DNA from: Geobacteraceae bacterium
Lineage (GTDB): Bacteria > Desulfobacterota > Desulfuromonadia > Geobacterales > DSM-12255
DNA length: 64,000 nucleotides
NCBI GenBank assembly: GCA_041500085.1
Contig: JBGQLM010000003.1
Coordinates: 108-64,107, forward strand
Direction of reading: 5' to 3'
Every line of letters begins with the position of its first letter. The stretch's first letter is position 1. The notes below the pieces were generated by a model. That model did no database searches and was not told the origin of the DNA. It saw nothing but the letters and a program-made list of their open reading frames with translations. This document shows positions 16,921 to 27,281 of this stretch, piece after piece. The translations under genes were made by a program, and so were the position numbers.

Positions 16921-17658
16921 CTATAAATACAGTGTGACCTTGATAATTTTTCCCGTCTCGACTTCTCTGAACTGGACGATTATAGCCTTGGCTGTTTTGG
17001 CTTCTCCGGGAAAGAATAAGAACCCGTTGGCAAGATACTCTTTCGGAATTGTTTTTCCTTCCAGCCCCTTGTTTCTTATGTCACTTACTATGCTTGTCTG
17101 CCGGTCATTGGAACCAGCCTCTTTAGCTGTTCCGAGAAACGCTCCGCCTGCCCCGCCAAGTGCAGCACCTTTTCCCATCGCGTTTCCGACATTGCTGCCG
17201 GAGACTATACCGATTGCCGCACCCAGAATCGCTCCACCAAAAGCGCCCACCAGCGCGCCTGTACCGGCCCCTTTACCCAGAGCTGCAAGTTGAGTGGACT
17301 TTTCTATTCTATCCACGGCTACCTGATTAGGGACAACCTGCCAGTACCCCCCTTTCGCATCAACAAGAAAAGTCTGGTTGGTTACAATACTGATTGTGCT
17401 GTCGCTCTTGTTATCCAGCACCAACTGAACCGGGAGAAGTCCGACGTCTATTATATCGAACCCGAACGCCTCCTTGGCAACAGTACTGTCAGGATACCCC
17501 TCTGCTCCGATAGAAATGTTATCAACTATCTGCTTGTTCGGATAAGCCTCCGGAGGACGGAAGGACACATATTGACTCTTGTAACTGGTACATCCCTGCA
17601 CAAGAAAAGCGATTATCAGAAGCAAGGAAAAATATTTTCTGAGCATGGTCTCCCCCAT
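16921..17658 (-). CDS. hypothetical lipoprotein with glycine-zipper region
   Basis: 245 aa with lipobox LVQGCTS and a Gly/Ala zipper GKGAGTGALVGAFGGAILGAAIGIVSGSNVGNAMGKGAALGGAGGAFLG. Confidence 0.6.
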   Translation of the reverse strand: MGETMLRKYFSLLLIIAFLVQGCTSYKSQYVSFRPPEAYPNKQIVDNISIGAEGYPDSTVAKEAFGFDIIDVGLLPVQLVLDNKSDSTISIVTNQTFLVDAKGGYWQVVPNQVAVDRIEKSTQLAALGKGAGTGALVGAFGGAILGAAIGIVSGSNVGNAMGKGAALGGAGGAFLGTAKEAGSNDRQTSIVSDIRNKGLEGKTIPKEYLANGFLFFPGEAKTAKAIIVQFREVETGKIIKVTLYL

Positions 17659-17884
17659 TCCTGCTTTTCTTTAATAAATATCACTTTAATGCCTAGATGC
17701 AACAAACGAGGTAAAATGCGTAAATATTGGGCAGAATCATGCCCCCCATAAATGCCCCAGAATCGATTTTACCTTGCAGGCGCTGACCTTACCATGGTTT
17801 TGGCTGTTCGATCGTTTCTGCGCCAATCTAGGCCTATTCGGAGCACCTGCCAACTAAAGAAGTCTTTGCTTGTGTCTCTTATAT

Positions 17885-18526
17885 TCAGTTTATTTTTGAC
17901 AGCACAATCAACGACCGATTGTCCCCGGTAACAGGCAGCTTGAATTCAATGACACGCTCAATTTTCGCCATTGACCCGGTTAACTCCGACTCTGCCTTGA
18001 GAGCCTCTTCCTTGCCTCCTGCTCCTTTCATGGCAACTGCCTTTCCATCTTCTGCCAAAAGTGGTAAAGACAGTTCGGTAAAGGTCTTGATACTCGAAAA
18101 GGCCCTGGACAGAATAAAGTCGTATCTCTCCCTTGAGCTATTGAATAGCGACTCAGCTCTTGCATGGAGTGCGGTGAAATTCTCAAGCTTCAGGGTTCTG
18201 GCAATATGCCTCTGAAACAGGATTTTTTTCTGAACCGCGTCTACTGACACAATCGCCAGATCCGGTCTGAGTATGCTGAGCGGAATGGATGGGAAACCTG
18301 CGCCAGAGCCGATATCCAGCAGTCTGCCGTTAAGATCCAGGTAGGCAGGGAGTGTAAGGGAATCCAGCAGATGCTTTACGATTACGTCCCTACTCCCCCT
18401 GATTGCAGTCAGATTTATCTTATGGTTCCATTTTGAAAGCTCCAGCATGAAGGTCGTAAACCTCTCTATCTGGTCCTTGTCAAGGCCAAGACCGAGCGAA
18501 GCAGCTCCATCAACCAACAATTTCAT
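17885..18526 (-). CDS. rsmG: 16S rRNA (guanine527-N7)-methyltransferase RsmG (GidB)
   Basis: The track ORF starts at a TTG (18562) that overlaps mnmG. ATG 18526 (MKLLVDGAASLG...) gives 213 aa with no overlap. The SAM motif is LLDIGSGAGFPSIPL. Confidence 0.82.
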   Translation of the reverse strand: MKLLVDGAASLGLGLDKDQIERFTTFMLELSKWNHKINLTAIRGSRDVIVKHLLDSLTLPAYLDLNGRLLDIGSGAGFPSIPLSILRPDLAIVSVDAVQKKILFQRHIARTLKLENFTALHARAESLFNSSRERYDFILSRAFSSIKTFTELSLPLLAEDGKAVAMKGAGGKEEALKAESELTGSMAKIERVIEFKLPVTGDNRSLIVLSKIN

Positions 18527-18537
18527 TTCTGCCGTCA

Positions 18538-20412
18538 CTACCGTTCCCTTGCTTTCAGACAAATTGATAATACTGCCATTGCCGCTGGCGTCATCCCTGG
18601 TATTCTCGAAGCCTGGCCAAGAGTATCCGGCCTGAACCTGTCAAGTTTTTCCCTTACCTCTGCCGTGATTCCTTTTATCTCCTTATAATCAAGATCTGCC
18701 GGGATCGTAGCTGACTCCATCTTCTCCATTTTCCTGATCTGATCAAGCTGGCGATCAATGTACCCTGCATACTTTACCTGTATCTCAACTTGTTCACGGA
18801 CATCAACAGGTGTATCGAGGTAAGAAGAATCGAGCATACCGAGCTCTGCATAAGTGAACGACGGGCGCTTTAACAGCTGTTCGAACGTAATCGAGTTCTG
18901 GATATCCTCAAGCTCATGTCTGGCGAGAAAATCCGGGGCAGTAGTAGACTTGAACATTTTCTGCTCTCGTATTTTAATCAGCTCATTGTTGATCAACTCT
19001 CTTTTGTGCGCAAAACGACTGTATTCATCCTGGGACACAAGCCCAAGCTCATGCCCTTTGTCCCTTAGCCTGAGATCCGCATTATCCTCTCGGAGAAGAA
19101 GCCGGTACTCAGCCCGCGAAGTAAACATTCGATAGGGTTCTTTTGTCCCCAAGGTAACCAGGTCATCTATCATCACCCCTATATATGCCTCGCTGCGCCC
19201 AAGCACAAAACTGTCTTTCCCAAGGACATGCCGTGCTGCATTTATGCCGGCAATGAGCCCCTGACCTGCAGCCTCTTCATATCCCGAAGTGCCGTTTATC
19301 TGGCCTGCATGAAAAAGGTTCTGCACCAGCTTTGTCTCGAGCGAAGCATGGAGCTGAACCGGATCCACATAATCATACTCGATAGCATATGCAGGCCTCA
19401 TGATCTCAACCCGCTCAAAACCTTTCATGCTCCGGTAAAAGGCCCATTGAATATCAATGGGAAGGGATGTGGAAAGCCCTGAAGGATAGTATTCGATCGT
19501 ATCAAGCCCTTCAGGTTCCAGAAAACTCTGATGACGTTCCTTTTCAGGGAACCGAACCACCTTGTCCTCTATCGAAGGGCAGTATCTCGGCCCCACCCCC
19601 TCTATAATGCCGGCATACAGCGGCGAGCGATCAAGCCCGCTCCGTATTATCTCGTGGCTCCGCGGATTCGTATAGGCGATATAACAAGGCACCTGCTTCC
19701 GCTCAATACTTACTGTCGAGAAAGAAAAAGGTTGAGGCTTGTCGTCACCACCCTGCTGCTCAAGGCAGCTGAAATCGATCGTGCGGCCGTCGAGTCTTGC
19801 AGGAGTGCCCGTCTTGAGCCTCCCCACACTGAATCCGATTTCTCTTAACTGGTCGGAAAGACCTATTGATGGAATGTCCCCTGCCCTTCCACCGGGATAA
19901 CTTGTGAGGCCTATGTGTATAAGCCCGCGCATGAATGTTCCCGTAGTAAGCACGACCGTTTTTGACAGGTACCTGACATTGGCCCTTGTATCGACTCCCC
20001 TTGCCACCCCCTCCTCCAGACAGATAGCAGTGACTTCCGCCTGCTTCAGGTCGAGGTTCTTTTCACCTTCAAGAACTCTCTTCATTCTAAGTCGGTAAAG
20101 CTGCTTGTCCGCCTGCGCCCTCGACGCTCTTACTGCAGGCCCTTTTCTGGTATTGAGAATTCTGAACTGGATTCCGGTCGCGTCGATGTTCTTGCCCATT
20201 TCGCCGCCGAGCGCATCAATCTCTTTTACGATATGACCCTTTGCCTGGCCACCTATAGCCGGATTGCAGGACATGAGCGCAATCGCATCAAGGTTGATAC
20301 TCAGAAGAAGAGTCCTGCACCCCATACGTGCGGCGGCAAGAGCCGCTTCACAGCCGGCGTGCCCCCCGCCCACAACAATAACATCATATCGCTTATCATA
20401 CTGAATCATCAT
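18538..20412 (-). CDS. mnmG: tRNA uridine 5-carboxymethylaminomethyl modification enzyme MnmG (GidA)
   Basis: The track ORF (to 20592) overlaps mnmE. I moved the start to ATG 20412 (MMIQYDKRYDVIVVGGGHAGCEAA, a FAD-binding GxGxxG), giving 624 aa. Confidence 0.9.
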   Translation of the reverse strand: MMIQYDKRYDVIVVGGGHAGCEAALAAARMGCRTLLLSINLDAIALMSCNPAIGGQAKGHIVKEIDALGGEMGKNIDATGIQFRILNTRKGPAVRASRAQADKQLYRLRMKRVLEGEKNLDLKQAEVTAICLEEGVARGVDTRANVRYLSKTVVLTTGTFMRGLIHIGLTSYPGGRAGDIPSIGLSDQLREIGFSVGRLKTGTPARLDGRTIDFSCLEQQGGDDKPQPFSFSTVSIERKQVPCYIAYTNPRSHEIIRSGLDRSPLYAGIIEGVGPRYCPSIEDKVVRFPEKERHQSFLEPEGLDTIEYYPSGLSTSLPIDIQWAFYRSMKGFERVEIMRPAYAIEYDYVDPVQLHASLETKLVQNLFHAGQINGTSGYEEAAGQGLIAGINAARHVLGKDSFVLGRSEAYIGVMIDDLVTLGTKEPYRMFTSRAEYRLLLREDNADLRLRDKGHELGLVSQDEYSRFAHKRELINNELIKIREQKMFKSTTAPDFLARHELEDIQNSITFEQLLKRPSFTYAELGMLDSSYLDTPVDVREQVEIQVKYAGYIDRQLDQIRKMEKMESATIPADLDYKEIKGITAEVREKLDRFRPDTLGQASRIPGMTPAAMAVLSICLKARER

Positions 20413-20509
20413 GCCCACCTGTTTCACGGATTGTGTATATAAATACTGTATACAACCCGTACGACCAATGTTTACAGCTCTTGAGGCAATTGTTCCACGT
20501 GAAACAATG

Positions 20510-21880
20510 CTACTTTCCGATACAGAATCTATCGAAAATAAGACTAAGTATGTCATCAGGAGTCGTTTCGCCAGTGATCTGGCCCAAGGCATCCAATGCC
20601 TCCCGCAGATCTATGGCAAGAAGCTCAAATGACGGCGCTTCAAGCAATGAAGTAGAGAAGCGTGACAATGTATCGACCACCTTCTGGAGCACATCCTTGT
20701 GCCTGGCGTCGGAAAGAACTGCCAGGTCACGATTATCAGTCAATCTGCCATGAAGAAAAAGGTCCGCAATGCTGCCCCTTAAAGCCTCAACGCCCTCTCC
20801 GGTCGACGTGGAGATAAAGAGAGGAGTCTCCGAGGAATAAGGCTCGGGAATCACTAAAAGGGCGGAAAGATCGGACTTATTGACAACGATCAAATGTGGG
20901 GTGTCACCTACAGCTTCAAAGGAAAGGACATCATCCTGATCGAAAGGGCGGGAACCATCAAGCAGGATGATTACAAGGTCCGCAGAAGGTATCCTGGCAA
21001 GAGCGCGACTTATCCCCTCACTTTCAACAGGATCACCGCTCACGCAAATACCGGCAGTATCGAGCAGCCTAACTGGCAGCCCCCGAATGCTGATAACCTC
21101 CTCGATAATATCCCGGGTCGTGCCGGGCAGCGAGGTGACAATTGCTCTCTTCTCGGAGAGTAGCGTGTTGAGAAGGCTTGATTTGCCGGCATTGGGCTTT
21201 CCGGCGATGATGACAGATATGCCATCCCTGAGAACCTTGCCCTCCTGATAGGATTCCAGTAGATTACGGGATACTGATAGGGCTGACTCTGCAAGGCCTT
21301 TTACCAGAAGTGTGTCAGCATCACCAAGATCTTCGTCAGGAAAATCTATGTATGCTTCAAGCAGGGCCAGGATTTGACGGACAGAGTCCCGCATATCGTT
21401 AATCCTCGAAGATAAAAACCCTTCCCTATGACTCTGCGCAAGCGTTATTGCGGCGGATGTCTTTGCTCTGATTATATCGATAGTCGCCTCTGCCTGCACC
21501 AGATCGACCCTTCCGTTCAGAAATGCTCTTTTGGTAAATTCGCCGGGCTGAGCGAGCCTGGCGCCGGATGCAAGAACTGCTGCAAGGATGAGTTGAACAA
21601 CCAGGGTACCCCCGTGGCAATGGATTTCAACGACGTCCTCACGGGTAAATGTCCTTGGCGCTTTCATATAAACAGACATAATCTCATCGAGAGTTATATC
21701 GGTACTTGGATCCTTGACGGTCCCATAATAAAAACGGTGGCTGTCAAAGCCACCGTTACGTGAAGGTCTGTATAAAGAATCGAGTATACGAAGCGAATCT
21801 GCTCCGCTTATCCTGATTATGGCTATCCCGCCTTCGCCGCACGGTGTACTTACAGCCGCTATTGTATCTTCTATGTACAT
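20510..21880 (-). CDS. mnmE: tRNA modification GTPase MnmE (TrmE)
   Basis: 456 aa with G1 GKPNAGKSSLLN, DTAG, NKSD and the C-terminal CIGK. Confidence 0.92.
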   Translation of the reverse strand: MYIEDTIAAVSTPCGEGGIAIIRISGADSLRILDSLYRPSRNGGFDSHRFYYGTVKDPSTDITLDEIMSVYMKAPRTFTREDVVEIHCHGGTLVVQLILAAVLASGARLAQPGEFTKRAFLNGRVDLVQAEATIDIIRAKTSAAITLAQSHREGFLSSRINDMRDSVRQILALLEAYIDFPDEDLGDADTLLVKGLAESALSVSRNLLESYQEGKVLRDGISVIIAGKPNAGKSSLLNTLLSEKRAIVTSLPGTTRDIIEEVISIRGLPVRLLDTAGICVSGDPVESEGISRALARIPSADLVIILLDGSRPFDQDDVLSFEAVGDTPHLIVVNKSDLSALLVIPEPYSSETPLFISTSTGEGVEALRGSIADLFLHGRLTDNRDLAVLSDARHKDVLQKVVDTLSRFSTSLLEAPSFELLAIDLREALDALGQITGETTPDDILSLIFDRFCIGK

Positions 21881-21887
21881 CGAAATG

Positions 21888-23486
21888 TCATGTCTCTTTG
21901 AGAGTCTTGTTTATATAAGCTTGCTGGGCGATCGTGAGTATGTTGTTTACGAGCCAGTAAAGAACAAGCCCTGATGGAAAATTCAGGAACATGAAGGTGA
22001 ATACTACAGGGAGGGCAAGCATCATCTTCGCCTGAATCGGATCCATGTTTGTAGGAGTCATCTTCTGCTGTATGAACATAGTGGCACCCATGATAATCGG
22101 AGTCACATAGTATGGATCCTTTGCAGAGAGATCCTGAAGCCAGAAATAAAAAGGAGCATGGCGAAGCTCAATTGAAAACATAAGCGCCTTGTATAGCCCG
22201 AAGAAAACCGGTATCTGAACAATCATCGGCAAACAGCCACCCAGTGGGTTTACCTTGTGGGTCTTGTACAGTTCCATGACAGCGCGGTTAAGACCGTCGC
22301 GATCATCCTTGAATTTGTCTTTAAGCTCCTGCATCTTGGGTTGAAGCTTCTGCATTTCCTTCATTGACTTGTAACTTTTGTGGGTGAGCGGGAAAAATAG
22401 AATCTTCAGGATTACTGTGATAACAATGATTGCAAGGCCATAGTTGTGAAGATAGCCATAAAAGAGCTTCAGCGCATGAAGTAAAGGTTTTGCGATAGCA
22501 GAGAACCAGCCAAGGTCAATTGCTCCCTCAAGCTGAACATTTTGAGCCTTGAGAATATCCAGATCTTTGGGCCCGAAAAAAAGATTCAGCGTAGCGTTGA
22601 TGGCCTGGCCGGGATTCAAAGTCGCTTTCTGAAAAGAAAAACGTTGAACCATGAACCCGTTCGAATCTTTCAGGGAGAGTGTCAGAGGTTCTTTGTCCTT
22701 TGATACGACGGCGTTCAGAAAGTATTTGTCGCCGAAACCACTCCACTTCACCCCTTTGTCATATGTTTTTTCAGATTTTCCAAGATCGGCTATGGTGTCA
22801 AAGGCAACACCAGAGTCCAAACGCGTCACGGGGCCAAAAACCTCGAATCTGCCATCAGCGTTCTTCGGTTTAATCGACGGGTTTCTGAGGGTTAGCTGTA
22901 TCTGACCGGAAACCGGCGGAGCCGAGATGTTTGAAACGGACTGATCAAGAGTTATAGAGTAGCTGTTGCCCACAAACGTATATGCTTTCTTGAAGACGAG
23001 CCCGTTCGCGGCTTTTGAAGTCAACTCGATTGATTTCGTCTCAGAACCGGTGAGGCTGACTTTATCGGTGCTCGAAGAGAAATATATCTCGCTTTCGGGA
23101 GAAAACCCGGGGTAACTGCTTGCAACTGTCATTGCACCTTGTTTGTCGTCTTGAACAAGAACAATTTCAGTCCCCTTTGCTCCGGCAAGATCCTTGTATT
23201 TCTTGAGGACAAGTTTCTTGATCGCACCATTTTTTGCAGCAATAACAACATTAAAGACATCACTGTCGACTGTGATGTCCTTTAGGGCCAGTTTCGAAGA
23301 GTCATCGGCAGATGAAGATTTGGCGGAATCCGGGACAGAAATTGTCGCTACGGACGGAGTATTAATGACCTCGGTCTTAGAAACTTCTTCTTTCTGCGGA
23401 ATAGATTTCTGCGGCGGGAATATTATCGTGTAGCCGTACATGACAGCTATAGAGAGCAGAACTGCTATTAATACCCTTTTTTCCAT
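21888..23486 (-). CDS. yidC: membrane protein insertase YidC
   Basis: 532 aa with an N-terminal TM, a large periplasmic domain and a C-terminal 5-TM core (GCLPMIVQIPVFFGLY, PSGLVLYW). Its position after yidD-rnpA-rpmH supports the call. Confidence 0.92.
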   Translation of the reverse strand: MEKRVLIAVLLSIAVMYGYTIIFPPQKSIPQKEEVSKTEVINTPSVATISVPDSAKSSSADDSSKLALKDITVDSDVFNVVIAAKNGAIKKLVLKKYKDLAGAKGTEIVLVQDDKQGAMTVASSYPGFSPESEIYFSSSTDKVSLTGSETKSIELTSKAANGLVFKKAYTFVGNSYSITLDQSVSNISAPPVSGQIQLTLRNPSIKPKNADGRFEVFGPVTRLDSGVAFDTIADLGKSEKTYDKGVKWSGFGDKYFLNAVVSKDKEPLTLSLKDSNGFMVQRFSFQKATLNPGQAINATLNLFFGPKDLDILKAQNVQLEGAIDLGWFSAIAKPLLHALKLFYGYLHNYGLAIIVITVILKILFFPLTHKSYKSMKEMQKLQPKMQELKDKFKDDRDGLNRAVMELYKTHKVNPLGGCLPMIVQIPVFFGLYKALMFSIELRHAPFYFWLQDLSAKDPYYVTPIIMGATMFIQQKMTPTNMDPIQAKMMLALPVVFTFMFLNFPSGLVLYWLVNNILTIAQQAYINKTLKET

Positions 23487-23502
23487 AAAGCCTCCAAATT
23501 AA

Positions 23503-23742
23503 TCAATGCACAGGATCATACCCGCCGGGATGGAAGGGATGACATTTAGCAAGGCGCAATACAGTTTTGAAAAAGCCCAGCATGAGGCCATGTTTTTCTA
23601 ATGAGAGAATTGAATATTCTGAGCAGGAGGGATAAAATCTGCAGGAGGTTCCGGTATAAGGAGAAAGAAACCTCTGATAGAAGCGCAATAAAGCAACTGC
23701 AAGCCTAATGGCTGCTCTTCCGGCCAATTCTGCTGAGTGCAT
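23503..23742 (-). CDS. yidD: membrane protein insertion efficiency factor YidD
   Basis: I moved the start to ATG 23742 (79 aa). Motifs are [21 protein letters not shown] and GGYDPV. It overlaps the rnpA 3' end by 38 nt, so the exact start is uncertain. Confidence 0.8.
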   Translation of the reverse strand: MHSAELAGRAAIRLAVALLRFYQRFLSPYTGTSCRFYPSCSEYSILSLEKHGLMLGFFKTVLRLAKCHPFHPGGYDPVH

Positions 23743-24061
23743 TGGCGAGTTCCTGACAGACAGCGGAATAATCGAGATGAGATGCTCCACTGCGGGCAAT
23801 TATATTATAGTCAGCTACAGGAAACATAAGCTTGTTGTTTCGGAAAAACTCCCTGATCAGTCGCTTTATCCTGTTTCGAATTACTGCATTGCCAACTTTT
23901 TTGCTGACCGTTATGCCGAGCCTTGTCCAAGAGAAAACTGGATCACACGATATGATAACGAAGTGAGTAGCCACCAGTTTTTTTCCATTTAAAGAAAGCC
24001 TTGTAAACTCTTCGCGTTTACGAAGGCGGCCCGACTTATCAAAAGTGGGCATAACTAACAC
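23705..24061 (-). CDS. rnpA: ribonuclease P protein component
   Basis: 118 aa, basic, with [27 protein letters not shown]. It lies directly downstream of rpmH. Confidence 0.88.
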   Translation of the reverse strand: MLVMPTFDKSGRLRKREEFTRLSLNGKKLVATHFVIISCDPVFSWTRLGITVSKKVGNAVIRNRIKRLIREFFRNNKLMFPVADYNIIARSGASHLDYSAVCQELANALSRIGRKSSH

Positions 24062-24070
24062 CTGGATATT

Positions 24071-24220
24071 CTATTTCGTTGCAATCGAAACAGAGAGGCG
24101 CTTTCTACCCTTTGCTCTTCGGCGCTTGATTACAAGACGACCATTTTTTGTTGACATGCGAACAAGAAAACCGTGGGTACGCTTTCTTGAAGTATTGCTC
24201 GGCTGGAAAGTCCTTTTCAT
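24071..24220 (-). CDS. rpmH: 50S ribosomal protein L34
   Basis: Below the ORF-track size cut-off. My translation is [49 protein letters not shown] (49 aa), with a GAGGA SD 7 nt upstream. Confidence 0.92.
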   Translation of the reverse strand: MKRTFQPSNTSRKRTHGFLVRMSTKNGRLVIKRRRAKGRKRLSVSIATK

Positions 24221-24400
24221 ATATTATTCCTCATGGTTTAAAATCGATTGATGCATGAAAGAAGACTTTTACTCATAATAGCACCCTATTGTCAATAACT
24301 ATTTTATTACAGGCGTCATAAATGACCTTGCAAATACATAGCCTCTCTGCTAGTCTCGTATCCCCTGCCTGTCAACGGTTTTCATTGCTATTTAGCTGAT

Positions 24401-24458
24401 TTGACACGCTATTTTTACAACTAGAGTTATCAACACATGTTGATAACTCTGTTAATAA
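24401..24458. promoter_or_regulatory. DnaA-box palindrome with a dnaA promoter-like -35 (candidate oriC part / dnaA autoregulation)
   Basis: TTGACA at 24401-24406. The palindrome GAGTTATCAACA-ca-TGTTGATAACTC spans 24424-24449 and contains TTATCAACA (24427-24435) and TGTTGATAA (24438-24446). A degenerate TGTTAATAA lies at 24450-24458. The E. coli consensus is TTATCCACA. Confidence 0.6.
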
Positions 24459-24576
24459 CTACTTGAACCGAAACTTTGTATATCAAGCGCTTATCTAGCT
24501 CAGCGCATCGATTGAAAAAAATAGGCATCGCGTTCATTTTAGTAAAGTTCCTCAATAAGGTAAATCAGGTAATATA

Positions 24577-25923
24577 ATGAAACATGTGTGGAACGAAGCC
24601 AAGCAGAAAATTGAACAGGTTCTGACCCCTCAGACCTACAGAACGTGGATAAAGCCGGTAAAATTCATCGACTTCGATGAATCCTCTTTTATTCTTGAGG
24701 TTCCAAATGAATTTCATAAGAAAGAGATCAAGGAGAGGTACATTTCACTCATAAGAGATGTTATCTCTGGTCTTACCCACGAAAACATTGAAGTAGAATT
24801 GAATGTTGCAGAGTTATCAACGGAACAAGAGAAAAGCCCGGATCAGTCGCAAGATACCAGGGTCGAGTTTTCAGCTCCGGAGCGGGTTAAGAGTGCAACA
24901 TTCTCAACATCGCTCAATTCCAGATACACTTTCGACACATTCGTATGTGGAACGAGTAATGAATTTGCTTATGCTGCATCCCAAGCGGTTGCTGATGCGC
25001 CCGCACACAAATATAACCCGCTTTTCATTTATGGAGGAACAGGTCTAGGGAAAACTCATCTTATGGTTGCCATAGGGAATCAGATTCTGAGCGGAAACCC
25101 TGACGCTAAAATCTGTTACTACACATCTGAAACTTTTATGAACGAGATGATTAACTGTATCAGACACAAGAAGATGGAAGATTTCCGCTCAAAATTTCGA
25201 AAAACCGATCTTCTTTTAATCGACGATATCCAATTCATGGCCGGTCGTGAAGCTACGGAAGTTGAATTTTTTCATACGTTCAATGCACTTTACGAATCCC
25301 ATAAACAGATAGTGATCACATCCGACAAATTCCCTAAAGATATACCCGGACTCGAGGAGCGCCTCAGGTCAAGGTTTGAATGGGGCCTTATAGCTGATAT
25401 TCAGCCACCCGATGTCGAAACTAAAGTTGCAATTCTAAAGAAAAAAGCTGAAATAAACAAAATTGATCTCCCGGATGACGTTGCACTTCTTATAGGTTCC
25501 AGCAGTGCCAGCAATATCAGAGAAATCGAGGGGATGCTTATACGGATAGGCGCATATGCGAGTCTTACAAAAAACAAGATCAATCTCGCTATGGCAAAAG
25601 ATATTCTTAAAGATATCATCGTAGACAAAAGCAAAGAAGTCAGTATCGAGTCAATTCAAAAGCATGTCGCCGATCATTTCAAGATTAAGGTTTCAGATCT
25701 CAAATCCGAAAAAAGGCTTCGCACTTTCGTTATCCCCAGACAGATAGCAATTCTAATCTCAAGAGAACTGACAAAAGCATCTTACCCGGAAATCGGTGAG
25801 AAGTTTGGCGGAAAAGATCACTCTACTGTTATCTATGCAGTCAAGAAGATTAGCTCAGTTATGGAAGCTAAGCCAGACATATTGAATAGTTATGAAGTTA
25901 TTAAACGAAAACTGTTGAACTAA
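24577..25923 (+). CDS. dnaA: chromosomal replication initiator protein DnaA
   Basis: 448 aa with Walker A GGTGLGKTHL, LLIDDIQF, and the C-terminal DNA-binding signature GGKDHSTVIYA. Confidence 0.95.
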   Translation: MKHVWNEAKQKIEQVLTPQTYRTWIKPVKFIDFDESSFILEVPNEFHKKEIKERYISLIRDVISGLTHENIEVELNVAELSTEQEKSPDQSQDTRVEFSAPERVKSATFSTSLNSRYTFDTFVCGTSNEFAYAASQAVADAPAHKYNPLFIYGGTGLGKTHLMVAIGNQILSGNPDAKICYYTSETFMNEMINCIRHKKMEDFRSKFRKTDLLLIDDIQFMAGREATEVEFFHTFNALYESHKQIVITSDKFPKDIPGLEERLRSRFEWGLIADIQPPDVETKVAILKKKAEINKIDLPDDVALLIGSSSASNIREIEGMLIRIGAYASLTKNKINLAMAKDILKDIIVDKSKEVSIESIQKHVADHFKIKVSDLKSEKRLRTFVIPRQIAILISRELTKASYPEIGEKFGGKDHSTVIYAVKKISSVMEAKPDILNSYEVIKRKLLN

Positions 25924-25935
25924 TGCCTAAAATCG

Positions 25936-26130
25936 TGTTGATAATTCACTTTGCCTGTTGAAAAAAATTTCTAGCTGTGCAAGAAAATAGTTCACCAACA
26001 ATAATGGTACAAACTTATCAACAGTATATTCATAAGTATTATCAGATACTTATAAGTAGTTTACAGTTTTCAACAGGCTCTATTACTACTTCTACTAATT
26101 GTTTTAATATAAATAGAAACAGAAACAGGG
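25936..26130. promoter_or_regulatory. second DnaA-box cluster plus AT-rich tract in the dnaA-dnaN spacer (candidate oriC part)
   Basis: TGTTGATAA at 25936-25944, TTATCAACA at 26015-26023 and a degenerate TTTTCAACA at 26067-26075. The 26040-26130 stretch is very AT-rich. Confidence 0.55.
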
Positions 26131-26136
26131 GGTAGC

Positions 26137-27255
26137 ATGGAATTTACAATTGAGAAGGATGCTTTCGTCAAAGCCCTGCAAAAAATACAAGGGATAGTCG
26201 AAAGACGGAACACCATGCCGATCCTTTCGAATGTTCTTATTGAAGCGTCAGATAACATGCTTACCTTTATTGCTACGGATCTGGAAGTGGGGATGAAAAG
26301 CAGTTATCAGGCGAAAGTCATAGAGGACGGCCGTATCACTTTATCAGCAAAAAAACTTTACGAGATAATCAGGGAATTACCTGATGAGCAAGTGAGACTG
26401 ACAACAAAAGATAACGACTGGGTGGAAATAATCTGTGGAAAGGCTAAATTCAGCATTGTTGGTCTTTCTCCTGAAGAATTTCCATTTTTTCCGAAAATTA
26501 ATGAAAACGGTTTTCTAAGTCTGGACTCCTCAATACTGGCTAAAATGATTGAGCAGACATCTTATGCAATATGTCATGATGAAACAAAATACAATCTTAA
26601 CGGGATACTGTTCAAAATAACAGAGAGTACGGACGGTCATAATCTTGTGCTAGTTGCAACTGATGGCCACAGACTATCAATTTCCGAAAACAAAATTGAC
26701 ATGTCTGATATGGACATTTTTGATAAGGGAGTTATTTTACCCAAAAAAGGTATTTTGGAACTGAAGAAACTATGCGACGAAGAAGTAGGTGATTTTAAAC
26801 TTGGATTTATTGAAAACAGCGCTGCAGTGGTCAAAGGAAACAGCACAGTTGTAATGCGTCTGGTTGATGGAGAATTTCCGGATTATACCAGGGTAGTACC
26901 AGTCGGCAATAACAGGGAGATTAAAGTAAAAAGGGAGATATTTCTCCATTCACTGAAAAGAATGGCAATACTTTCCAGTGAAAAGTTCAAAGGAATAAAA
27001 TTTGAAATAATAAATGATTCAATGGAAATTTCATCAAGTAATCCGGAATTGGGTGAAGCCAGGGAAGAACTGGAGGTGAAATACAGCGGTGATAAGATAA
27101 CAACCCGTTTCAATGCCAGATATCTTATAGATGTTCTGAATATTATCACCGATGATGAAGTGATCCTGTTATTAAGGGATGAAATGTCTCCAGCAATATT
27201 GAAACAGGCAGGTTCTGATGATTTGTTGGCGGTTATAATGCCAATGCGCCTGTAA
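26137..27255 (+). CDS. dnaN: DNA polymerase III beta subunit (sliding clamp)
   Basis: 372 aa with N-terminal MEFTIEKDAFVKALQKIQGIVERRNTMPILSNVLIEA and C-terminal VIMPMRL. Confidence 0.93.
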   Translation: MEFTIEKDAFVKALQKIQGIVERRNTMPILSNVLIEASDNMLTFIATDLEVGMKSSYQAKVIEDGRITLSAKKLYEIIRELPDEQVRLTTKDNDWVEIICGKAKFSIVGLSPEEFPFFPKINENGFLSLDSSILAKMIEQTSYAICHDETKYNLNGILFKITESTDGHNLVLVATDGHRLSISENKIDMSDMDIFDKGVILPKKGILELKKLCDEEVGDFKLGFIENSAAVVKGNSTVVMRLVDGEFPDYTRVVPVGNNREIKVKREIFLHSLKRMAILSSEKFKGIKFEIINDSMEISSSNPELGEAREELEVKYSGDKITTRFNARYLIDVLNIITDDEVILLLRDEMSPAILKQAGSDDLLAVIMPMRL

Positions 27256-27281
27256 AATACATCATTTAATTCAAAAAATAG

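Noticed and set aside
20413-20592. 60-codon N-terminal extension of mnmG in the ORF track
   Set aside because: It overlaps the 3' end of mnmE by 83 nt. The canonical FAD-binding N-terminus begins at the ATG at 20412.
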